Origin: a virus
Length of the DNA stretch: 13,782 bases
UHGV virus genome: UHGV-0081265
Strand: one strand, 5' to 3'
Both the position numbers and the translations under genes were made by a program. Shown here in pieces: positions 7,235 to 13,782 of the stretch. Each line of letters opens with the position of its first letter. The first letter of the stretch is position 1. The notes beneath the pieces are model-generated. The model saw only the letters and a program-made list of their open reading frames with translations, did not search any database and was not told the DNA's origin.

Positions 7235-7637
7235 TAATCAAAATTTAAAGGCGCATGCTTTACGAACAGCAGTCTTACGGTACTACATTGCTGATTCATT
7301 CATTTCCTTAATGGAGCGTGTTCATAATGAACCTGTTTATATTGAAGATGGCGAACGAATAGAACTCACCCACGAAAAAGTGGTGAGTAATATTATTTAC
7401 CATATTGAAATGCCGTGGGTGAATGAGTTTGGGGCTGATGCAGGTTGCATACTGGCCGCAGAAAAACTGGAAAAAATGCTTAAACCGGGCTTTATGTCAG
7501 AAAATATTCGCCTGTCAGTTTTTGGTGTCACAGAGATGCGTGAGGTTTACCGGGATATTATTTTCGGTGCACCTGATGGCGAACTACCCGAAGGTTTTGA
7601 GTTTGTGAAGCCGGAAGGTCAGGAGGTGCTGCTGTGA
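7227..7637 (+). CDS. hypothetical protein (136 aa), translationally coupled to the primase
   Basis: Start overlaps the upstream stop. Its own stop TGA overlaps the GTG start of the primase gene. Confidence 0.6.
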   Translation: MNNNQNLKAHALRTAVLRYYIADSFISLMERVHNEPVYIEDGERIELTHEKVVSNIIYHIEMPWVNEFGADAGCILAAEKLEKMLKPGFMSENIRLSVFGVTEMREVYRDIIFGAPDGELPEGFEFVKPEGQEVLL

Positions 7638-10321
7638 AAACACCGTCTGTATCCACGATTTCCGGGGCTGCAATTGGGCGCTGGCCTTATATCCTGTCAG
7701 CATTAGGTATCAAAGTACCGTCCGCAGGACATCATGGGGCTTGCCCTGCCTGTGGTGGCAAAGATCGCTTTCGGCTGGACGATAAAGCGGGGCGTGGGAC
7801 GTGGTTTTGTAATCAGTGCGGTCATGGCGATGGTCTTGATCTGGTTCGTCTGGTGACAGGAAGAAAGATAAAAGAAGTCGCCGGGATGGTATCTGAGGCG
7901 CTTGCATTACCAGAAATACAGGAGAAGCCCGCTTTGCCTGCCAGGAAAAAGGCCGCAGGAAAAGAAGCGGGCGCGGAGCGATATACCAGACTCAGACAGC
8001 AGTCCTGCAATGGTGAACCGGTCTATCTGACAAACAAGGGCTTACATGGGTATTCACTTCCCTTGCTGTCACAGCCTTTGAATCTGGCCGGAATAACATT
8101 TTCCTCCGGTTCATTACTGCTGCCGTTGACGGATATTTCCGGGAATATTACTGGTGGCCAGCTTATCAATCCTGACGGGGATAAAAGTCTGCTGCCCGGT
8201 AGCCAGCTGTCTGGCGCATTCATTGCCCTGACCGATATACCCGCTGAAACACCTGAACAGGTGATTATAACAGAGGGTTTTGCCACGGCGCTTACCGTCA
8301 GTCTGCTGACTGAAGGATGGATCGTGGCGGCTGTTGCTGCCACCAATTTACTGAAGGTGACGGAGCAGATCCGGAAACGCTGGCCGGAAACCCGGATCAT
8401 TCTGGCTGGCGATAATGATCTGGCTGACGGGAAAGAAAACACCGGGCGTATTCAGGCAGAGAAAGCTGCCAAAGCAGTGGATGGCTGGGTAACGCTCCCT
8501 CCGGTACGCCATAAGGCTGACTGGGATGATTATCGGCAGGAAGTGGGGAAAGAACGGGCGAGAGATGCCTTTCGTGAAGAAATGACGCTGCATGGCAAAG
8601 GGCAGACCCGTTTACCAGAAGGGTTCCGGCTGACAAAAGAATATTTGTGGTACGACAAGCTGGTTAATAAGTCTGATGGTGATACGGAGATACGAAATAT
8701 CAAAATTTGCAGTCCGTTACGGGTGACGGCAATCACCAGTGATGCTGATGGAAGTAATTACGGGCGTTTGCTGGAATGGGAAGATACCAACGGAAACAGC
8801 CGTAAATGGGCAATGCCAATGGAGATGCTGGGTGGCAGCGGGGAAGAGCTGCGCCGCGTTCTGCTGGTTAACGGGCTTTCTTACATCAACATTAACGGTA
8901 TGGCCAGAGCATTCCTTATGGAATATATCTCGCTGTGTAAACCGGACAGAAAAGTAACCTGTGTAAATAAAACGGGCTGGCACGGCGGGGTTTACGTTCT
9001 CCAGGATGAAGTGATAGGACGTGAAGCCCAGTCAGTCATCTTACAAACGTCGAGTGTGCAGGGGCGTGATTTTCGTGTCAGCGGTACATCAGAGGACTGG
9101 CGTGAAAATATAAGCCGTTACTGCATAAATAATGCCCGTCTTGCCTTTGCGGTGAGTCTGGCATTTGCTGCCCCCCTTCTGAAACTGGTTGGTATCGGCG
9201 GTGGAGGTTATCACCTCAAAGGGGAATCAACGGATGGTAAAACCACGACGATGAAAGTGGCTGCTTCAGTATGTGGTGGAACAGATTTCTGGCATACGTG
9301 GCGGGCGACGGGGAATGCCTTAGAAGGAACGGCGAGCCGCCGTAATGATGCCACGCTGATGCTGGATGAAATCCGGGAGGTTGACGGCAGGGAGGCGGGG
9401 AATATCGCTTATATGCTGGCTAACGGGCAGGGCAAAGCCAGAGCCAGAACAGATGGTTCGGTAAGGGAAACCAACCGCTGGAATCTGTTGTTTCTGTCCA
9501 CCGGGGAACTGTCACTGGTAGAACATGCGGCAAGCGCCGGGGAACGTACGTATGCCGGGGTTGAGGTCAGAATGATCCAGATCCCAAGCGATTCGGGCAA
9601 ATATGGCGTGTTTGAAGAACTTCATGGCTTCAGTAGCGGGAAAACCCTGGCAGAGCATCTTGAGCAGCATGTAGCGCATTATCATGGCGCACCATTCCGC
9701 GACTGGCTGCATTGCCTGACCGCTGATCTGCCGGAACTGACCAGCCAGGCCAAAGCCTTATTGAAAGAGTACACCCGAAGGCTGACGCCGGAAAATGCCG
9801 GGAATCAGGTTGGCCGGGCTGTTACCCGTTTTGCTCTGGTTGCAATGGCCGGGGAACTGGCCACAAAAGCGGGCATCACAGGATGGCCGGAGGGAGAGGC
9901 CTTTCGTGCCGCCCAAAGTTGTCTGGCTGCATGGATGGCTGACCGGGGCCATACAGCTAATCAGGAAGATAAAGCGGCACTTGAACAGGTACGGGACTTC
10001 ATGACGCGTAATCAGTTCAGTCGGTTTGCTGACTGGAATGACGACAGGAACCGGCCTGTTTCAATGATGGGATTCAGAAAAGTCGATAAAGGAGACAACG
10101 TGACAGAGCCGGTTGTGACGTTCTACGTTCTCCCATCAGGCTGGAAGGAGATCTGTAAGGGATTTGATTCGCGTAAGGTGGCTAGGTTGTGTGTGGACGC
10201 GGGCTGGCTGAAACCCGGTGAAGATGGCCGGACGCAAAACAGCATTCGCCTGCCAGAAATAGGGCTTAAACGTGTGTACCAGTTCAATACGCAGGTACTG
10301 GGAAGCGCCGAACCGGAGTAA
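7634..10321 (+). CDS. P4 alpha-like bifunctional DNA primase-helicase
   Basis: 895 aa. N-terminal zinc ribbon (CPACGG...CNQCGH), TOPRIM motifs (IITEGFATALTVS; ILAGDND), P-loop helicase Walker A (GESTDGKTT) and Walker B (LMLDEIRE). GTG start 8 nt after AGGAGG. Confidence 0.9.
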   Translation: MKTPSVSTISGAAIGRWPYILSALGIKVPSAGHHGACPACGGKDRFRLDDKAGRGTWFCNQCGHGDGLDLVRLVTGRKIKEVAGMVSEALALPEIQEKPALPARKKAAGKEAGAERYTRLRQQSCNGEPVYLTNKGLHGYSLPLLSQPLNLAGITFSSGSLLLPLTDISGNITGGQLINPDGDKSLLPGSQLSGAFIALTDIPAETPEQVIITEGFATALTVSLLTEGWIVAAVAATNLLKVTEQIRKRWPETRIILAGDNDLADGKENTGRIQAEKAAKAVDGWVTLPPVRHKADWDDYRQEVGKERARDAFREEMTLHGKGQTRLPEGFRLTKEYLWYDKLVNKSDGDTEIRNIKICSPLRVTAITSDADGSNYGRLLEWEDTNGNSRKWAMPMEMLGGSGEELRRVLLVNGLSYININGMARAFLMEYISLCKPDRKVTCVNKTGWHGGVYVLQDEVIGREAQSVILQTSSVQGRDFRVSGTSEDWRENISRYCINNARLAFAVSLAFAAPLLKLVGIGGGGYHLKGESTDGKTTTMKVAASVCGGTDFWHTWRATGNALEGTASRRNDATLMLDEIREVDGREAGNIAYMLANGQGKARARTDGSVRETNRWNLLFLSTGELSLVEHAASAGERTYAGVEVRMIQIPSDSGKYGVFEELHGFSSGKTLAEHLEQHVAHYHGAPFRDWLHCLTADLPELTSQAKALLKEYTRRLTPENAGNQVGRAVTRFALVAMAGELATKAGITGWPEGEAFRAAQSCLAAWMADRGHTANQEDKAALEQVRDFMTRNQFSRFADWNDDRNRPVSMMGFRKVDKGDNVTEPVVTFYVLPSGWKEICKGFDSRKVARLCVDAGWLKPGEDGRTQNSIRLPEIGLKRVYQFNTQVLGSAEPE

Positions 10322-10347
10322 TTATCGCGTGAGTCTTATTTTTATGA

Positions 10348-10540
10348 GGTAACACTGGTAACAGAGGTAACGCCCGCTACTGATGCGGTTCTTCAGTGTT
10401 ACCAGTCAAAAATACTGACTGGTAACAGAGGTAACAAAAAATGGTGCGTTACCACGCGTTACCTCTTGATTATGTTAACTGGTAACAGATTAAATCCTTT
10501 TAAATCAATAGCGTTACACGTGTTACCAGTGTTACACGTT
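10348..10540. repeat. iteron array (GGTAACA / TGTTACC heptamers, at least 10 copies, direct and inverted); candidate crr/ori-type binding sites for the primase-helicase
   Basis: Copies at 10348, 10357, 10366, 10397 (inv), 10421, 10430, 10448 (inv), 10457 (inv), 10481, 10522 (inv). 17-bp direct repeat CTGGTAACAGAGGTAAC at 10355-10371 and 10419-10435. 12-bp perfect inverted repeat TGTTACCAGTCA / TGACTGGTAACA at 10397-10408 and 10416-10427. Lies immediately 3' of the primase gene, as P4 crr does; P4 iterons (TGTTCACC) are similar. Confidence 0.6.
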
Positions 10541-10603
10541 CAGAACAAGAGGTAGGGACCCAAATCCCTTCTTCTGGCGGGCAACAGTAAAGGGCACAGA
10601 ACG

Positions 10604-10876
10604 ATGAAGATGATGAGAATGTACTGCCCCACATGTCAGGCAGTAGCGCGGATAGGTAAAACAAACAGGAAACACCCACAACTGTACGATGTGTACTGCT
10701 ATTGCTCTAATGTGGAGTGCGGTCACTCGTTTGTGATGAATGTTGCTTTCTCCCATTCCGTTAGTCCAAGCGCGCTGAACGGGCAGGGGAGGGTTAAAGA
10801 GCTAATTGATGCCATTCCACCCGAGGAGCGGGAAAAGGCTTTAAAGTTGCTGCTGGCTGCGCAAAAGAATGGGTAA
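10604..10876 (+). CDS. Ogr/Delta-family zinc-finger late-gene transcriptional activator
   Basis: Cys spacing C-x2-C-x22-C-x4-C (YCPTCQ...CYCSNVEC) is the Ogr/Delta signature. Size (85-90 aa) is Ogr-like. The true start may be the internal ATG at 10619. Confidence 0.8.
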   Translation: MKMMRMYCPTCQAVARIGKTNRKHPQLYDVYCYCSNVECGHSFVMNVAFSHSVSPSALNGQGRVKELIDAIPPEEREKALKLLLAAQKNG

Positions 10877-11482
10877 AGTATGCGTCGGGAATGGCCGATC
10901 CGTTCCCGGAACCTGACCACAGGATTTCAGTTTATACGAACATAAAATTATTATTTTTCAATTTGTTATGTTTTTCGTATTTCACGAACCTTCATAAAAT
11001 CACACACCTAAAATAAATTATCCATTTAATATCATAGTGTTGCGTATTCAGGCCACAAATGCGACGGACAGTAAAACTGAAAAAAGCTGAATTTCTTTTC
11101 ATTCTTTTCAGTTCCTGCCTCGCAGTGCATCCCCAGCACGGACGCGGGCTGGCGGTATCGTTTGTAAAAAATCACAACTGAAAAATTTTAGTGATATGAA
11201 AACCGCAGGCGGGTGCGGTGTAGTGCGATTTTGGTCTTATAAAGATTTGTGTCTTAAAATTAATTAATGGTTTTAACTATTTGTTTGGAATTAATTTCAC
11301 AATGTACATGTTTGATATGAATGATAAATTAGTATATGCTTGAGTAAAGAAATGATGTATATTTTTATGGTCGAGGTGTAAGCGCTTTTTTGATGTATTT
11401 AATAGGTGTATGTTTTTATTAATCGGAGAATTGTTAATATTTATAATTGTTATAAAATAGAAATCGCTATGAAGGTGTGTAT

Positions 11483-12085
11483 ATGAGAGATAATTCAAAT
11501 AAAGTAAAGGGGTATGTAAGACGTAAAGTTGATTTGTATATTTTGTCATTAGCTATTTTATTTTGTTTTTTTATTTTTATTACAATAAAATTTCCTGTGT
11601 GTTTTGGGGCTAAATGTGAGTTCATTGGCTGGTCTTTGCTGTTGAAAAATAATATTGTTCCCTTGATTTGCGTAGGGTTGCTTTTATATTGTGGGGTGGC
11701 CTACAAAAGGTTTCAATATGACACAAATAAAAGTGTCGAACTTCCAATGAAAATAACAAAAATTGAAAAAATAAATTATGAGCACCTTACCTTTTTAGCC
11801 ACATATATTATCCCATTGATTACATTTGATTTTGAAAAAGAAAGGTATGTGATCGTTCTAGCAGTTCTCTTGATAATTATGGGTATTATTTATATTAAAA
11901 CGGATTTGTTTTACGCTAATCCATCCTTGGCTTTATTAGGGTTTAATATTTATAAGTTGGATGTGAGTATAACAGGAGGTATTAATAAAACAGGGCTAAT
12001 ATTAATTACTAGGCGACAGTTAAAAGAAAATGACATGATAAGTTATATTGTGCTTGATGAAAGAGTTTACTATTCTGGAGATTAA
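11483..12085 (+). CDS. small 4-TM membrane protein (200 aa); first gene of an AT-rich two-gene cargo; KwaA-like architecture, unverified
   Basis: ATG 11483 after RBS GAAGG. Four hydrophobic helices (LYILSLAILFCFFIFITI, IVPLICVGLLLYCGVAY, LTFLATYIIPLITF, YVIVLAVLLIIMGIIYI) then a ~60-aa soluble tail. Very AT-rich. A 10-bp gap separates it from the next gene. Confidence 0.65.
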   Translation: MRDNSNKVKGYVRRKVDLYILSLAILFCFFIFITIKFPVCFGAKCEFIGWSLLLKNNIVPLICVGLLLYCGVAYKRFQYDTNKSVELPMKITKIEKINYEHLTFLATYIIPLITFDFEKERYVIVLAVLLIIMGIIYIKTDLFYANPSLALLGFNIYKLDVSITGGINKTGLILITRRQLKENDMISYIVLDERVYYSGD

Positions 12086-12094
12086 GGATTAAAT

Positions 12095-13078
12095 ATGTCA
12101 CCGCAGCAATTGGATAAAAAAGGCTTGGATGATAATCTAAGTTATTATATTAATAATAAAGATGATATTTCTGTTATTGTTTATGCCATTCTAAAAAATA
12201 GCCCTGTTGCATATCGAATGGATATAGAGGGAAGCGCTCAAGATGGCCTCAAAGAATTATTTTTAGAAAGTATAAAAAATAATATCATTGATAATGATGA
12301 TATCAGTATTTTACCTCTTTCGTCAGCAGATGAAAGAAATAATGTTATTTATCATTACGATATTGAATGGCCTGATGAGTTAACCTCCATGCAAAGTATG
12401 CTTGGGCAGCAAGGGGAGAGTGTTTTTGATTTTAATGTACAAAATATTGAAGATATTAGAGTGTTGCTAATTTGTATTGGTAATGTACAACAACAAATTA
12501 TACTCTACAAAACAATGGCTCCAGTCAATATTTTCTCTCGCTCAGGTTTTTTTCTAAAAAAATCAGCAACAAGACTTGAGGAAATTGAAGATGATTTTTT
12601 TCGAGTTAGTGATAATTTTCAAATTATCAAAGTTGAAAATGATTTATATGTGGTAGATCTTAAGTTAATCGAGAAAATGTTTGGTTTTCACGAGGTTATC
12701 AAAAAAGAGGCTACACTTGGCATGAATGCCATTGAGAGTATGAATATTATCACTGATATAAATGTGATAAAAGAACTAATAGATGATGTAAAATATGCTA
12801 GAAAACTAACAAGGATAGCAAAATCTTCTCCAGTAATATTAGCTAATATTGAAAATGAAAAAATTATAGAGTTTTGTAAAACCTACCCAGTGTTGGTCAA
12901 TAGAATCAGATTTAATGAAGATGGAACAAAGATCGCACTTGACACGAAGGTTTCAAAAGATCTATTTATTAAAATTCTGATGGATGATTTTTTAACCTCA
13001 CAGTTGACTCAATTTTATTATGAGAGTCTAGCAAAAGATGCAGTAAAAATAGCCGCTGATAATACTAAAGAAAACTAA
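12095..13078 (+). CDS. 327-aa soluble protein, second gene of the two-gene cargo; size and context fit KwaB (DUF4868) of Kiwa, but domain not confirmed
   Basis: RBS AAGGA before ATG 12095. Acidic, AT-rich, no TM segment, no obvious nuclease or NTPase motif by eye. Followed by a terminator hairpin. Lies in the variable position next to attR. Confidence 0.65.
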   Translation: MSPQQLDKKGLDDNLSYYINNKDDISVIVYAILKNSPVAYRMDIEGSAQDGLKELFLESIKNNIIDNDDISILPLSSADERNNVIYHYDIEWPDELTSMQSMLGQQGESVFDFNVQNIEDIRVLLICIGNVQQQIILYKTMAPVNIFSRSGFFLKKSATRLEEIEDDFFRVSDNFQIIKVENDLYVVDLKLIEKMFGFHEVIKKEATLGMNAIESMNIITDINVIKELIDDVKYARKLTRIAKSSPVILANIENEKIIEFCKTYPVLVNRIRFNEDGTKIALDTKVSKDLFIKILMDDFLTSQLTQFYYESLAKDAVKIAADNTKEN

Positions 13079-13083
13079 TTAAT

Positions 13084-13109
13084 ATTGTGGTGAGATTATT
13101 CACCACAAT
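13084..13109. terminator. terminator-like hairpin after the cargo operon
   Basis: 10-bp perfect stem ATTGTGGTGA / TCACCACAAT with 6-nt loop in AT-rich context, 6 bp after the stop of the 327-aa gene. Confidence 0.5.
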
Positions 13110-13268
13110 AATATTATCTAATATATTGATTGTGTTTTAAGTGTTTTAATTCTATTGTGAAAAAATTGACTTTGTTTTGATTTGGCAAAATTATAGCTTT
13201 TCTATTACTCACCCTGATGAAATGATCGATTAATCTATCTAGCATGCTGAAGTTACAGCTAAGGTGTA

Positions 13269-13292
13269 GGGGGGGGGCATTTTAGGGGGCAT
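13269..13292 (+). promoter_or_regulatory. G-run / GGGGGCAT repeats adjacent to the right att core; candidate integrase arm-type sites
   Basis: GGGGGGGGGCAT (13269-13280) and GGGGGCAT (13285-13292), same motif as the copies next to the left att core at 2056-2075. Confidence 0.35.
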
Positions 13293-13350
13293 TGATATGA
13301 TTGTTGTATTTTTTTATTAACAAAAACATTGTGTTATCGTTGTATTTTGT

Positions 13351-13367
13351 TCCTATTATCGGCACCA
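13351..13367 (+). repeat. 17-bp att core direct repeat, right copy (TCCTATTATCGGCACCA)
   Basis: Exact copy of 1925-1941 (the tRNA-Thr 3' end). Upstream sequence no longer matches the tRNA, so this is the element-distal junction. Confidence 0.75.
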
Positions 13368-13644
13368 TTAAAATCAAATTGTTACGTAAGATCTTATCAT
13401 TCTCCCACCAAAAAATTATCTTAATGTAACAGCTGGTGTAAGTAAATTCTATCAACGAAGATCAATCTTATCTACTGACCAAAAAGGCCTGATAGGGCTT
13501 CGCTCACTATACATCCTTGGCTGCAGGTTTAGTTGTACACCACTCCTAAATTTAATGTGTTGGCAATGTGTTCAATAAAGCTCGAACAAATTAGCTCATT
13601 ATGATCGGTTAATACTTCAACTTCTGGTTGCATGATTGTTTGTC

Positions 13645-13683
13645 CGTAAAAAGATAACGCGCCTGCCGGGTAGTAGCAGGCGC
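13645..13683 (-). terminator. rho-independent terminator on the minus strand
   Basis: 8-bp stem GCGCCTGC / GCAGGCGC (13659-13666 and 13676-13683) with 9-nt loop. On the minus strand it is followed by GTTATCTTTTTACGG. Confidence 0.5.
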
Positions 13684-13729
13684 ATTACGCAATAGGTAAA
13701 CAAGGGAGGAAGTTCAGAAATGTAAATCG

Positions 13730-13782
13730 GGTAATGACTCCAACTTATTGATAGTGTTTTATGTTCAGATAATGCCCGATGA
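13730..13782 (+). mobile_element. IS1 terminal fragment (left-end inverted repeat); element continues beyond the right edge of the window
   Basis: GGTAATGACTCCAACTTATTGATAGTGTTTTATGTTCAGATAATGCCCGATGA, perfect inverted copy of bases 1-53. Confidence 0.85.

Noticed and set aside
7710-9952. Multiple 60-139-aa minus-strand ORFs inside the primase gene (e.g. 8023-8442, 8717-8983)
   Set aside because: Antisense to a long, motif-rich coding region, with no RBS or start context; typical spurious reverse-frame ORFs.
10348-10540. Possible CRISPR array suggested by the many short repeats
   Set aside because: Repeat units are only 7-17 bp, occur in both orientations with irregular spacing, and there are no uniform spacers. 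The pattern fits replication iterons, not CRISPR.
11100-11160. Canonical P2/P4 cos 19-mer (GGCGAGGCGGGGAAAGCAC)
   Set aside because: Only scrambled short words of it are present. Kept as a low-confidence candidate packaging site rather than called as cos.
10960-11480. Ogr/Delta-type late promoter dyad (TGT-N12-ACA) upstream of the cargo genes
   Set aside because: No exact TGT-N12-ACA found in this spacer; the closest is TGT-N12-ACG near 10967-10984. Activator control of the cargo is therefore not supported.
11277-11549. 90-aa minus-strand ORF in the AT-rich spacer overlapping the cargo start
   Set aside because: Low-complexity AT-rich translation that overlaps the promoter/RBS of the plus-strand membrane gene; likely an artefact.
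13529-13633. 34-aa minus-strand ORF (MQPEVEVLTDHNELICSSF...) downstream of the minus-strand terminator
   Set aside because: Too short and without recognisable motif or clear RBS to call. It could be a leader peptide or gene remnant next to the IS1 insertion.

Overview
This window is the unique DNA between two inverted IS1 ends (1-53 and 13730-13782, perfect 53-bp inverted repeats). It holds two integrated elements either side of a 49-nt tRNA-Thr 3' fragment (1893-1941). Left: a tyrosine integrase (731-1834, minus) followed by an AT-rich polytopic membrane-protein gene whose 3' end is replaced by IS1. Right: an ~11.4 kb P4-like phage satellite bounded by 17-bp direct repeats of the tRNA 3' end (1925-1941 and 13351-13367), with all genes on the plus strand. 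It encodes a P4-family integrase, an AT-rich protein with an excisionase-type HTH, AlpA/Vis, a 290-aa unknown protein, a 334-aa protein that resembles the P2 GpN major capsid protein, a P4-style RNA immunity region, three small coupled ORFs, an alpha-like primase-helicase, an iteron array, an Ogr/Delta zinc-finger activator, and a very AT-rich two-gene cargo next to the right att repeat. The most interesting leads are the capsid homolog in place of recognisable Sid/Psu, and the two-gene cargo (4-TM protein plus 327-aa protein), which is Kiwa-like in architecture but unverified. All homology statements come from reading the translations and from memory of the families; no searches were run. The host is probably E. 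coli/Shigella-like, inferred from IS1 and the thrW-type tRNA-Thr fragment.
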